Virus record (IMG/VR): IMGVR_UViG_3300035703_000010 | Span: 62,001-126,000 of that record | DNA: 64,000 bases | Direction: 5' to 3' (one strand) | Part shown: positions 1 to 9,751 of the stretch, one piece after another | How the letters are laid out: each line of letters begins with the position of its first letter | Numbering within the stretch: the stretch's first letter is position 1 | Position numbers and translations under genes: made by a program | Notes under the pieces: model-generated | Database searches by the model: none | What the model was told of the DNA's origin: nothing | Seen by the model: the letters and a program-made list of their open reading frames with translations, nothing else

Positions 1-1
1 T

Positions 2-478
2 GTTGATAGTCAAGGTAATTTTATAAGCTTAGGCTCCGGTCGAGGTAGTCGGCAAGATAGAGCAGGTGGTCCAAATAGTCCAGAAAGAATAGCAAAAAAA
101 CTTTCATTGACTGCAGATGTATTATTGAAAAATTTATTACATCCAAAATCTTTTGATAGAGTTTTCAATATAATATTTGATCCAGATTCGTTTATCGTTG
201 ATGAATCTAAAACTAGTGTAGATACATTAGTCAAAATGAGAGAAATTGGAAGAATAAGACAGATTACATATAAGGGAAAGATCTACCACGTTGACAATGA
301 TAGATCTTTTAAAGATCCTACTTTAAATTCTTATTTTGTCAATATAGAAACCCTTAATTCTACCAAACCGATTATTCCGTCAAATTCTTCAAATCCTATG
401 ACACAATCTGGTGGTACTAATCAAAACATTCTAGATACTGCATTAAAAGTTAAAGTATTTGATGTTTGGAAAAACTAA
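2..478 (+). CDS. Hypothetical protein, 5'-truncated at window edge (probable virion/baseplate-region protein)
   Basis: The frame of track ORF 107..478 stays open back to base 2 (VDSQGNFISLGSGRGSRQD...), so the real start lies upstream. No motif recognised; role inferred from neighbours. Confidence 0.6.
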   Translation, partial: VDSQGNFISLGSGRGSRQDRAGGPNSPERIAKKLSLTADVLLKNLLHPKSFDRVFNIIFDPDSFIVDESKTSVDTLVKMREIGRIRQITYKGKIYHVDNDRSFKDPTLNSYFVNIETLNSTKPIIPSNSSNPMTQSGGTNQNILDTALKVKVFDVWKN

Positions 479-509
479 ATTATAATTTTAATCAAATTAA
501 GTAATTCAT

Positions 510-2426
510 ATGCCAAAGATATCATCTATACCATCTAAACTGATATATTCAGTTGATGTTCCTGAAGTTGAAAACTTTCAAGCACAATTTGTATACAACT
601 ATTATGTTCCAAATGAATCGATACAAGATTATAAAGATGATAAATTTGGGGAGTCTATTTTATTAGACAAAATGAATCTTAATCTTGATGTTTTAAAACA
701 GCCTGGATATGAAATAGAAGGTTTTTTAAACAAAAATTCTAGAATTTCTGATCTAAAAAAGTTACCTCGGTATATAAAACTGACTTGGGCTAATGACTTT
801 AAACTTTTGTCTAAAAGTAAATATGGTTTTTTTTATAAAGACAAAGTTAATAATGAAATTAAAGGAAAAGGTCTGACCGATTCTGATATATCAAAAATTG
901 TAAGAGAGGATCAGTTTGCTAGCAGCTATTATACGTCTATAGAATCTAGCAACAGGAATATCATAAATGGAATATCTTCTGTTTTTGACTCGATAGACAA
1001 TACTTTGTTAAAAGATCCAGATCTTAGAAACAATTTTCCAAAATCAGTTAAAGAAGTTAATACAGTTTATAAAGATTCTGAAGCTGATAATACAATTCAA
1101 GCTTCTATGTCTGCAATTGCGTATCAAAAGGGAGGTCTTGAATTAAAGAACCAAACCAAAGATTCGTATTTGCAAAAATTATCATCAACAAAATTTTATT
1201 CGCAAATTAATAATAATTTTTTGCACAGCGTAGTAATAAATGCGTTAAGTTCTCAACATCCGAACAACTCAATTTTTCAAAGCTTTATAGATTATTCAAA
1301 AAAAATTAATAAGCTAAACATAAACCGCAAGCTTTCTGATTCTGAGTATAAGGCTTCAATACCATACCATACTACTTACCAATGGGACGCAAGATCAAAT
1401 TTAGATAATGAGTCTACATTTAATGTTACTGGATATGTTATAGAAAAAGTCGAAATGTTTTCTGATGGAACAGTAAAACGATTTAATCCTATCGTGATAA
1501 GAGGAGGGGAAAAAAATAGTTACATAGATTTTCAAGTTAGATATGGAGCTATGTATTTCTATAGCATTAGAACTATCATGGATATAACATACAATGCTAT
1601 AGACAATAAAGAATATAAGTTCATGAGAGTAGGATCTTTTATTGCTTCAAAAGATACGACTATTGACGTACAAACGATAGAAAATGTTGCTCCTCCTCCT
1701 CCACAAGATTTGATGTTTGTCTGGAATTATGATAGAGTAAATCAAAATACGATTGTTTTTGATCATCAAAACAATAAGCCATTTCCAAATACAGGAGTAC
1801 CAGGATCATTAATGATAGCTTGGTCAATGCCAGTTAACTCTCAAATGGATATAAAAAAATTCCAAGTTTTTAGAAGAAAATCTGTTAATGATCCATTTGA
1901 ATTAATAAAAATGTACGATTTCGATGACTCTATTTCAAAGTTTGAAACTTTAGAAAACAACATAAATCCAACGTTGATTACTAAGAGCAAAGATCCTGTT
2001 TTATATTATTTTGATGATGATTTTTACAAAAATTCAGAATACATTTATGCAGTTGCTTCCATAGATGCTCATGGATTGACATCAAATTATTCTGAACAGT
2101 TTATGCTAAAATTTAATATGTTTTCAAACAAGATAGAAAAAATTTTAGTTTCTATAGCTGGAGCTCCAAAACAATACCCCAACATGTACCTAGAAAGAGA
2201 TTTATTTGTTGACACGATTAAAACTTCGAATAAAAATTCTATGCATGTTTATTTAAACCCAGATTGCATTAAGGTCAATAATGAAGACAATACTTCATAT
2301 TCAGTTTTACAAATGAAAGATCTTTCAAACAGTAGTGATAATTCAAAATATTGTATCAACATCATCAATACTGACGTTCAAAAAAGCAGGCAGTTAAACA
2401 TAAACATAACAAAAAAGGTATCATAA
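510..2426 (+). CDS. Putative virion structural protein with fibronectin type III-like beta domains
   Basis: 638-aa ORF. APPPPQDL followed by LMIAWSMP...KKFQVFRR...YYFDD...YIYAVASIDAHG, and an earlier YIDFQVRYGAMYFYSIRT, follow the Fn3 pattern. Confidence 0.5.
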   Translation: MPKISSIPSKLIYSVDVPEVENFQAQFVYNYYVPNESIQDYKDDKFGESILLDKMNLNLDVLKQPGYEIEGFLNKNSRISDLKKLPRYIKLTWANDFKLLSKSKYGFFYKDKVNNEIKGKGLTDSDISKIVREDQFASSYYTSIESSNRNIINGISSVFDSIDNTLLKDPDLRNNFPKSVKEVNTVYKDSEADNTIQASMSAIAYQKGGLELKNQTKDSYLQKLSSTKFYSQINNNFLHSVVINALSSQHPNNSIFQSFIDYSKKINKLNINRKLSDSEYKASIPYHTTYQWDARSNLDNESTFNVTGYVIEKVEMFSDGTVKRFNPIVIRGGEKNSYIDFQVRYGAMYFYSIRTIMDITYNAIDNKEYKFMRVGSFIASKDTTIDVQTIENVAPPPPQDLMFVWNYDRVNQNTIVFDHQNNKPFPNTGVPGSLMIAWSMPVNSQMDIKKFQVFRRKSVNDPFELIKMYDFDDSISKFETLENNINPTLITKSKDPVLYYFDDDFYKNSEYIYAVASIDAHGLTSNYSEQFMLKFNMFSNKIEKILVSIAGAPKQYPNMYLERDLFVDTIKTSNKNSMHVYLNPDCIKVNNEDNTSYSVLQMKDLSNSSDNSKYCINIINTDVQKSRQLNINITKKVS

Positions 2427-2461
2427 TCATTCATAGATAGTTAAAAAAATTTACTTTGATT

Positions 2462-2468
2462 ATAGTTA
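2462..2468 (+). promoter_or_regulatory. Candidate late promoter motif ATAGTTA (second copy at 2437-2443)
   Basis: ATANTTA motif about 20 nt upstream of ATG 2490. Confidence 0.45.
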
Positions 2469-2489
2469 CTGTAGATTTATTGAGGAAAT

Positions 2490-3221
2490 ATGGGATTTCT
2501 TGACCACAGCACAAATAACATAATTTTAGATGCAGTGCTTACTGATACTGGAAGACAATTTCTGTCTAAAAATGACGGATCATTCAGTCTTTTTAAGTTT
2601 GCGCTTGGAGATGATGAAGTTAATTACGGAATTATCACAAAATACGGAAGAAGCGTCGGTAGAGAAAAAATAGAAAAAAATACTCCTGTATTCGAAGGAT
2701 TAACAAATCAAGCTCACGCTCAAAAATATAAATTAGTTAGCGTTTCAAATCCAAACTTGATTAGACTACCAAGCTTCTCATTTTCAGGAGATTCTTCAGT
2801 TAGCGGAAATTCTATTTCTTTATACAACACTGGTGGAAGTAGAGGATTAAAAACTGGAGCATCAGTAACAATCGAGCAAACGATTTTAAATGAAACGTTA
2901 ATTGATGTTGAACTAAGAGATCAAGTCTTTTTAATAGATGTACCTAATTTATTTTTACGACTCAATGATGGAAGAGTTACACCAAACAACATTGATAATC
3001 AACAAAGAGCTTATTATGTGTTGACTAGGACTTCTAGCTCTTCAACTTCAGGTGGATCAATATTGACATTTACTGTTAGCGTTAAGTCATTAACACAAAC
3101 GTTGTACGATGTTTACGGAACTGGAACTTCTAAAAACGTAATAAAGACTTACATTAGAATAACAGGAATGCAATCAGGTACAGTAAAAGATATTGCAGTT
3201 GATATTAACCAAACAACATGA
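2490..3221 (+). CDS. Conserved large-phage virion/baseplate-associated protein
   Basis: SD GAGG upstream. N-terminal DAVLTDTGRQFLSKNDGSFSLFKFALGDDEVNY resembles a family I recognise from large uncultured myoviruses. Preceded by ATAGTTA motifs. Confidence 0.55.
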   Translation: MGFLDHSTNNIILDAVLTDTGRQFLSKNDGSFSLFKFALGDDEVNYGIITKYGRSVGREKIEKNTPVFEGLTNQAHAQKYKLVSVSNPNLIRLPSFSFSGDSSVSGNSISLYNTGGSRGLKTGASVTIEQTILNETLIDVELRDQVFLIDVPNLFLRLNDGRVTPNNIDNQQRAYYVLTRTSSSSTSGGSILTFTVSVKSLTQTLYDVYGTGTSKNVIKTYIRITGMQSGTVKDIAVDINQTT

Positions 3222-3235
3222 GAATGAAGTGAACA

Positions 3236-4444
3236 ATGGCAACATATAAGAATTTAGAACCTTCAGATGTAAAAACAGCTAGATCTTTTTTAAGCCAGTT
3301 AATTGACGTTATTCAAGAAGATGTAAGCGGATCTACGTCAAGAAGAAAGTATCAAGTTTTCGTAACTGGAGGTATTGGTCCTGGAGTAACTTCATCTTTA
3401 TTTCAAACTGTATATGATCAAGATTTTACTCTTCAAACAGCAAACCAAGTATTTGATTGCACAATAGGATTATTTCAAAATTCTGATATAGTTTCTTCTT
3501 CCTTGGCAGGTGTTGATTCGGTAGGAAAAGAATTATTTCCGTCTTCATCTTTAATGATGAGAGAAAAGATGGACAATTATAGACAATTTGCTCAGCTTCT
3601 TTTAGGAGATTCTAATGCTCAATTTGTCGCTCCATACAATTCAAATAGCGCTAACGACAAGATAGACGCTGCGTTTTTCATTGCTTTTAAGAGATTATTT
3701 GCAAGAGATCAAATTAAGCGTGAATCATTTGCAATGAGATTTTATCAATCTGCATCATTGTGCAGATATGATGGTGCACCAAATATCCCAAACATTTATT
3801 CTACTTCTGAATTAGGCGTTTCAGTATATACGGATATTGGATCTTCTAATGAAAAGTTTAATGTCTTTGGTGGTCAACTTGGTAATATCGTTGATGCAGC
3901 TGATACTACAAGAACAGTAGGTTTGATGTTTTATGATAGAGGAATCGCTCTATTAGATTTAGAAAAAGTAGTTTCAGCATCTCAATTTATGTCTGGAACC
4001 ATTGATGCGATGACCCCGACTGGATATACAATTCTTGGTCATCAAGGAACAGAAACTGCAGGAGTTTCAAAATTTATACCTGATTTTATAGTTTCAGCTT
4101 CCATTGACAACGTTGTTGATCATATTTGTGCAACAAGATTTAGTTCAGGATCGCAAACTGCAATAACATTCCAAAACACTACAAATATTAATAGTACGCT
4201 AATCTTCTGCCGAGCAGGTGCGGATGAATTCAATTATTCATCAAATCCTACGTTTACAGATTCTAACAATAGAATCGTTGTAATAGATCCAGGACAAGAA
4301 GATACGCAGCAAACGTTTACGTTCATTACATCCGTAGGGTTATATGATGCAAATGATAATCTTCTTGCTGTTGCTAAACTAAGTCGTCCTGTCGAGAAAA
4401 GCCCTGAAAGAGATTTGACTTTTAGAGTTCGTCTAGATTTCTGA
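3236..4444 (+). CDS. Putative baseplate/fibre-attachment structural protein
   Basis: 402 aa. C-terminal EFNYSSNPTF...FITSVGLYDANDNLLAVAKLSRPVEK...FRVRLDF domain, paralogous to the C-terminus of the next gene. Confidence 0.55.
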   Translation: MATYKNLEPSDVKTARSFLSQLIDVIQEDVSGSTSRRKYQVFVTGGIGPGVTSSLFQTVYDQDFTLQTANQVFDCTIGLFQNSDIVSSSLAGVDSVGKELFPSSSLMMREKMDNYRQFAQLLLGDSNAQFVAPYNSNSANDKIDAAFFIAFKRLFARDQIKRESFAMRFYQSASLCRYDGAPNIPNIYSTSELGVSVYTDIGSSNEKFNVFGGQLGNIVDAADTTRTVGLMFYDRGIALLDLEKVVSASQFMSGTIDAMTPTGYTILGHQGTETAGVSKFIPDFIVSASIDNVVDHICATRFSSGSQTAITFQNTTNINSTLIFCRAGADEFNYSSNPTFTDSNNRIVVIDPGQEDTQQTFTFITSVGLYDANDNLLAVAKLSRPVEKSPERDLTFRVRLDF

Positions 4445-4500
4445 TTTCTTTGCAGTCATTAATATTGATGAATGTCATGTCATCATATCTTTAATGATGT

Positions 4501-4507
4501 ATAATTA
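4501..4507 (+). promoter_or_regulatory. Candidate late promoter motif ATAATTA
   Basis: 12 nt upstream of ATG 4520. Confidence 0.45.
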
Positions 4508-4519
4508 GCAACACTAGAG

Positions 4520-7096
4520 ATGTCTATCTTTAAACTTAATCCTACTGATTTTCAAAGCGTAACTGTTACTACAAATCCTTCTAGAAATTATTCTTCAAGT
4601 TCTATTGGGGTAACAGGTTCAGTTAGGGTTTTTTCAAGAAAATCTTTTGTTGAAAAAGACATAGAAAACAAAGATGATCCTTCTACGTCTTTTAATGAAT
4701 CTTCTATCTTTAATTCTTGGAATACTTTAAAATCTACTACAAAAAATAAAATTAATATTTTTCAAGACGTAAACGGATTTTTAACTAAAGTTAATAGTGA
4801 AAATCTTTCATTAAAAAAGCAAAAAGTTTTAGATGTCATAAGGTTCACTCCTTCTGATGATTACAAAAATTTTCAAAATTTTGTATCAGGAAACTTTTAC
4901 TTTACTTCAGGAATAGGGTCAATAAACAATTTAAAAAAGTTAGCAATAAAAGATAATTTATCTCATTATTATAGAACAGCATATCCATCAGCACACTGGG
5001 GATATTGCAATTATCATAGCCTTAACTTTTTTTCGTCTTCTACAGTTCCTACATCTTCTGTGCTTTTATATCCTAATGTAGATGATAAAAAAATGCCTGT
5101 AGGATATTCTACTGGAAGATACGCAGTTAGTGGAGCATTCAGTTTAGATTTTTATATCAATCCTCGATATAGAAACTTAGATTCTAATGGTCATTTTAAA
5201 GCTGGAACTATTTTTCATTTATCATCAAGCTACGCTTTATCTTTAATAACCGGGTCATTGAAAGACGTTAATGGTCTTCCGTCTACTTTTAGACTTCAAT
5301 TACAATTAAGTCACAGTGCTGATATTTCACCATCTACTGCTATAGCTGGAAATTATCCAAAAGATCTTATTTTCTTATCTGAAGATAATTCTCTTAAATT
5401 AAATAATTGGCATCATGTTGTCGTTAGATGGGGAACTAATAACATTAATCACGGAACAGGATCTTTTAATATTGATGGAATTGATAAAGGTGTATTTGTT
5501 GTCCCTTCAGGGACAATTGCACCATTTGCATATGCAAATGATACGACCAATCCAGCTAATCCAGATGCATTGTGTATCGGAAATTACTATGAAGGAAACA
5601 ACATAGGTAACAACAAATTAAAAAGGTTTTTTGCTCACATATCTTCATTAGCTGAAGGTACGTACACAATGGATACATCAGCAGTAGAATCTCCTGATTC
5701 TTTTTCATTTAATCACCCCCTTCAAGCAGAAGTTCATGATCTCTCAATAAAAAGATTTTATGTTACTGATTCAGATATATTAACTTCTAGCTCAACAGGA
5801 ATTTCTGACTTTACTAACGTTTGTTTTTATTTGCCTCCATTTTTTACTGTTGATTCTCCTATTAGACAACTTTCAGCAGACGGAAAAGGCGTATTCATTA
5901 CGCCTAGAATAGCTTTACCTGGAATGACTACGACTCCATTCAACGTCGGTATGTCATTTGGCGTTGATGGTCATTACATAAATACAGAAAATTTCTTAAA
6001 AGATTTTTCATCAAATTATTATCCTAGACAATTGTTTTTGACAGGTACTGCGATAACTCAAAATTTTTCTAGCGAAGTAAAAGCGAATGAAATTCTATAT
6101 AACCAGCCAGAAATTAGAAAAAGGAATCTTTTGATTCTTCCGTGCGATGACGGAAACTTTTATCCAAATTATGATGTAATAAAAACAGAAAATATTTTTG
6201 TTATTGATAAAACCAGCGGCGGATCAAATCCGTATAATGAAACGAAAAAATTTACTATTGATCCTAAAAAAGTTTCTTACGTTGATGATATCGGAAATTA
6301 TTTACAAGGATTTATAACTTTGAATAACATGTTAAATGACGTGTCTAGACAAGAGTTATTTAACAATGATAAACTAAACGAGTTAATAACTTTTACTCCT
6401 CAATTTCCATTAAAGTCTTATGGAAGTAGCGTAAAAAGTAAATATGTCGATCCTATTCTTAATGATACTTTTAATAATAGCATTTTAAAAGCAGATAAAT
6501 TTTTCGTTACTCAAAGTCAAATCCCATTGTCGATTCCTTTCATAACCAAAGACACTTCATCAAATCAAGTAGTGTTTTTTGACATCAGCAATTTGTTTTA
6601 TGGAATAAGAATTTTGCCTGGAAGTTTTATGATAACAGATTCTGCGATTACTGGATCTGGCGGGGCGGTTAGCATAACAATAAGAGATGATGGAAATGGC
6701 ACTCTATATCGAGCAGATTCTTTGACGCCTCATTGCACATGGAATTCTGTTGGAACAATTTTTTATAATGAAGGAATCATAGCAATAAAGAGTCCACATT
6801 TATACTTTTTTGGTCAAGAACAATATGAAATGTCTTTTAAAGGTGAACAAAATCTTCATGTTTTAAGAACTGAAGTTTTAGCTCCTCAAAATTATTTAAA
6901 TTCTTCTTCTAATCCTTCTTATACTCAAGTTCCCTCTACCAATAGACCGAACGAACAAGATCCTAATTTCGTTTATATAACTGGTATTAATTTTCATGAT
7001 GATAATTTAAACGTTATCATGAAGACTCAATTAGCTCAACCTATTATGAAGCGTCATTCTGAAAAGATCTTATTTCGAATAAAATATGACTTCTAA
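4520..7096 (+). CDS. Putative structural protein with LamG/concanavalin-A-like domain and the same C-terminal domain as the previous gene
   Basis: 858 aa. FSLDFYINP...GTIFHL...LNNWHHVVVRWG...IDG is LamG-like. C-terminal NSSSNPSY...YITGINFHDDNLNVIMKTQLAQPIMK...FRIKYDF. Confidence 0.55.
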   Translation: MSIFKLNPTDFQSVTVTTNPSRNYSSSSIGVTGSVRVFSRKSFVEKDIENKDDPSTSFNESSIFNSWNTLKSTTKNKINIFQDVNGFLTKVNSENLSLKKQKVLDVIRFTPSDDYKNFQNFVSGNFYFTSGIGSINNLKKLAIKDNLSHYYRTAYPSAHWGYCNYHSLNFFSSSTVPTSSVLLYPNVDDKKMPVGYSTGRYAVSGAFSLDFYINPRYRNLDSNGHFKAGTIFHLSSSYALSLITGSLKDVNGLPSTFRLQLQLSHSADISPSTAIAGNYPKDLIFLSEDNSLKLNNWHHVVVRWGTNNINHGTGSFNIDGIDKGVFVVPSGTIAPFAYANDTTNPANPDALCIGNYYEGNNIGNNKLKRFFAHISSLAEGTYTMDTSAVESPDSFSFNHPLQAEVHDLSIKRFYVTDSDILTSSSTGISDFTNVCFYLPPFFTVDSPIRQLSADGKGVFITPRIALPGMTTTPFNVGMSFGVDGHYINTENFLKDFSSNYYPRQLFLTGTAITQNFSSEVKANEILYNQPEIRKRNLLILPCDDGNFYPNYDVIKTENIFVIDKTSGGSNPYNETKKFTIDPKKVSYVDDIGNYLQGFITLNNMLNDVSRQELFNNDKLNELITFTPQFPLKSYGSSVKSKYVDPILNDTFNNSILKADKFFVTQSQIPLSIPFITKDTSSNQVVFFDISNLFYGIRILPGSFMITDSAITGSGGAVSITIRDDGNGTLYRADSLTPHCTWNSVGTIFYNEGIIAIKSPHLYFFGQEQYEMSFKGEQNLHVLRTEVLAPQNYLNSSSNPSYTQVPSTNRPNEQDPNFVYITGINFHDDNLNVIMKTQLAQPIMKRHSEKILFRIKYDF

Positions 7097-7487
7097 GCCC
7101 AAGAAAAAAAGAAAGCGAAAAGGTCGCTATCAAAGAGGCGTGCATTCTTCACCGATAGCAGGAGAATGTAAGTATCGTTCGGGTTGGGAACAAAAATACA
7201 TGGTCTATCTCGACGACAATCCCGAAGTCGCCTCATGGTCGTACGAAAAACTAGTCATTGAATACGTTTCTAACAAAAAAACAAAAAAGATTCGAAAGTA
7301 TTACCCCGACTTCCAGATCGAATACAAAGACGGTCGAAAAGTCGTCGTAGAAATTAAACCTTCAAGAAAATTACAACAAGCGACCGTCGTAAAGAAGATT
7401 AGAGCCGCAAAAGAATGGTGCACAGAGCACGATATGATCTATAAAATATTGACGGAAATAGAATTAAAAGATATAGGTTTGCTTTAA
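7086..7487 (+). CDS. T4 gp4-like head completion nuclease (TnsA N-terminal-like PD-(D/E)XK)
   Basis: YRSGWEQKYMVYLDDNPEVASWSYE...YYPDF...VVEIKP motif set. Overlaps the previous stop by 11 nt. Confidence 0.75.
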   Translation: MTSKPKKKRKRKGRYQRGVHSSPIAGECKYRSGWEQKYMVYLDDNPEVASWSYEKLVIEYVSNKKTKKIRKYYPDFQIEYKDGRKVVVEIKPSRKLQQATVVKKIRAAKEWCTEHDMIYKILTEIELKDIGLL

Positions 7488-7528
7488 TTCAATTTTACTG
7501 GATGCATCTAGAGTTAAAATAACATGAT

Positions 7529-8122
7529 ATGGCATATCATGGATACATCCCATTTATAAAAGAAACATTACTTAAGTTTGATAAACCAAAGGTGTTAGAA
7601 GTCGGACTTGACAAAGGTGTAACAACTATTCCTACAATAGTTTTTTTGACAAGAACAAAAGAAAATTTTGAATTTGTCGGAGTAGACGTTTTAGTTCAAG
7701 AGCCATTATTCATCACTTTGAAAAACATAGACGTTTTAAGGGGTCAAAAAATATCGTTGTATCAAAACAATAGTTTGGATATTTTGCCTAAGCTTGTTGA
7801 GAATTCCCTTAAGTTTGACGTTGTTTTGCTTGATGGAGATCACAATTATTTCACTGTTTCAAAAGAGCTACAATATCTTAATGAATTGGTTTCTGATAAT
7901 GGAATAGTAATCATAGATGACTATCACGGTCGATGGGCTGAAAAAGATTTGTGGTATGCTGAACGTGATGGGTATGAAAAAGTAGAAATTGCAACTAAAA
8001 AAGTTGAAACTCAAAAGCATGGAGTAAAACCAGCAGTTGATGATTTTCTTTCTGCTAATCCACAATGGGAAACATTTACCTTAATGGATGGTGAACCTAT
8101 AGTTTTAAGAAGAAAATCATAA
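7529..8122 (+). CDS. Class I SAM-dependent methyltransferase (Methyltransf_24-like)
   Basis: VLEVGLDKGVTT (motif I), FVGVD, FDVVLLDGDHNY, IVIIDDY. Confidence 0.75.
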   Translation: MAYHGYIPFIKETLLKFDKPKVLEVGLDKGVTTIPTIVFLTRTKENFEFVGVDVLVQEPLFITLKNIDVLRGQKISLYQNNSLDILPKLVENSLKFDVVLLDGDHNYFTVSKELQYLNELVSDNGIVIIDDYHGRWAEKDLWYAERDGYEKVEIATKKVETQKHGVKPAVDDFLSANPQWETFTLMDGEPIVLRRKS

Positions 8123-8131
8123 GGAATTTAA

Positions 8132-8695
8132 ATGAATTTGATTTTAGGATTAGATGTTTCTACTACGGTTACTGGAATATGCATTTTAAATTCTGAAGTT
8201 ATTCCTGATGATAAAGGTTCTCATATAGTTTATTTAGATAAGGTAGATTTTAAGAAATGCAAAACGTTGTGGGAAAAAGCAGACGTTGTCGCAAATGAAT
8301 TTTCAAACTTATTATCAAAATATCCTGGTGAGTACAGAGTTGCATTAGAAGAGCCTTTGATGGGATTTCGAGCTGGAATGTCTTCTGCAGCGACCATAAC
8401 AACGTTGATGAGGTTTAATGGAATAGTTTCATATATCTCTAGAGAAATATTTAAAGTTGATCCTGAGTACATCGCTTCATCTTCAGCAAGAAAATTATGC
8501 GGAATTAAAATGCAAAAGACATCAGTTGCAGGCATGAATGGAAAAGAACAAGTCTTTAAATACATGTCAGAAAATGACTTAAAACATATTATTTGGCCAA
8601 CAAAAAAGAATGGTGAAGCCGTCGATTGGAGCCGTGATGCAACAGATGCTTATGTCGTAGCTAGAGGATACTCTTTATTATCTTCGAAATTGTAA
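8132..8695 (+). CDS. ruvC: RuvC-like Holliday junction resolvase
   Basis: ILGLDVSTTVTG, VALEEP and DATDAYVVA give the RNase H-fold acidic catalytic set. SD AAGGA upstream. Confidence 0.75.
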   Translation: MNLILGLDVSTTVTGICILNSEVIPDDKGSHIVYLDKVDFKKCKTLWEKADVVANEFSNLLSKYPGEYRVALEEPLMGFRAGMSSAATITTLMRFNGIVSYISREIFKVDPEYIASSSARKLCGIKMQKTSVAGMNGKEQVFKYMSENDLKHIIWPTKKNGEAVDWSRDATDAYVVARGYSLLSSKL

Positions 8696-8735
8696 ATTGA
8701 AAAATCTGCATCAAGTATGATAGTTTGCTTTTATT

Positions 8736-9710
8736 GTGCATTCTCTGTCTGATAAGATAAAGTTCTATGAGTCTATATTTGGACGTGGAAGAATTTCTAG
8801 CAATGGTAAGAACTTTGACGTTCGTTGCCCAGTTTGCGCTCCTCTAGATCCTTCTAAAAAAAAGCTAGCAATCAGAACAACTGATGACGCAAACCATTGT
8901 TGGGTATGCGGATGGAAATCTAGAAGTCTTGCTCCTTTATTAAGAAAATATGGAACTCAAGAACATCTAAACGCATATCGAACGTTAATTGGGATTGATG
9001 GCAAGTCAACATTACTAACTGCGCAAGTTGACAAAGCAACAAAAATAGAATTGCCAAAAGATTTTCAACTTTTGACATTATCAAACTATGAAGATCCTGA
9101 TGTAAAAGCTGCGTGGCGTTATGTCTACTCAAGAGGTCTATCTGATAGAGATGCGTGGTATTTTAAATTTGGATTATCAAATGAAGCAAAATGGCATAGA
9201 AGAGTTATCATGCCATCATTCGATGATAAAGGTGAGTTAAATTATTTTGTTGCAAGAGCAATCGATAAAGATAAAAAGCCCAAATACGACAATCCAGATA
9301 TCGATAAAAACCCAATTGTTTTTAATGAAATTAACATCGATTGGTCAAAGAGATTAGTTTTAGTAGAAGGACCATTCGATTTAGTGAAGTGTCCTGAAAA
9401 TTCTACAGCATTGTTAGGGTCTGATTTAGACGAACGTCATGAAGTCCTTAATAAAATTCTATTAAACAACACACCAGTTGCTTTAGCTTTAGATGGAGAC
9501 ATGTGGAGTAAAAAGACCCCTAGAATAGTTAAAAAGTTGCAAGAATACAACGTTGATGTTGTTGTTGTTGATGTACGTCCCTGGGGAGATCCAGGAAATA
9601 TGTCAAAAGCAGAATTTGAAGAAGCTCTTAATAGTGCTAAGCCGCTCCTTTGGGAAGATAGGTTTTTAACGAAGTTAGATAAGTTTGTTTCTTCAAGTTT
9701 TAGATTTTAG
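8736..9710 (+). CDS. DNA primase (Zn-binding domain plus TOPRIM)
   Basis: CPVC...HCWVC zinc ribbon, RVIMP, YFVARAI, LVEGPFD and LALDGD TOPRIM motifs. GTG start. Confidence 0.8.
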   Translation: MHSLSDKIKFYESIFGRGRISSNGKNFDVRCPVCAPLDPSKKKLAIRTTDDANHCWVCGWKSRSLAPLLRKYGTQEHLNAYRTLIGIDGKSTLLTAQVDKATKIELPKDFQLLTLSNYEDPDVKAAWRYVYSRGLSDRDAWYFKFGLSNEAKWHRRVIMPSFDDKGELNYFVARAIDKDKKPKYDNPDIDKNPIVFNEINIDWSKRLVLVEGPFDLVKCPENSTALLGSDLDERHEVLNKILLNNTPVALALDGDMWSKKTPRIVKKLQEYNVDVVVVDVRPWGDPGNMSKAEFEEALNSAKPLLWEDRFLTKLDKFVSSSFRF

Positions 9711-9713
9711 ATA

Positions 9714-9742
9714 TTGAACACTGTTTTCAAATAGTATATTGT
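9714..9742 (+). promoter_or_regulatory. Possible sigma70-like promoter for the Mre11-Rad50 gene
   Basis: TTGAAC (9714-9719), 17 bp, TATTGT (9737-9742). ATG at 9752 has no SD, so the mRNA may be nearly leaderless. Confidence 0.3.
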
Positions 9743-9751
9743 AATTAACTG

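Noticed and set aside
8697-8721. sigma70 promoter TTGAAA...TATGAT before the primase
   Set aside because: The spacer is only 13 bp; not supportable.
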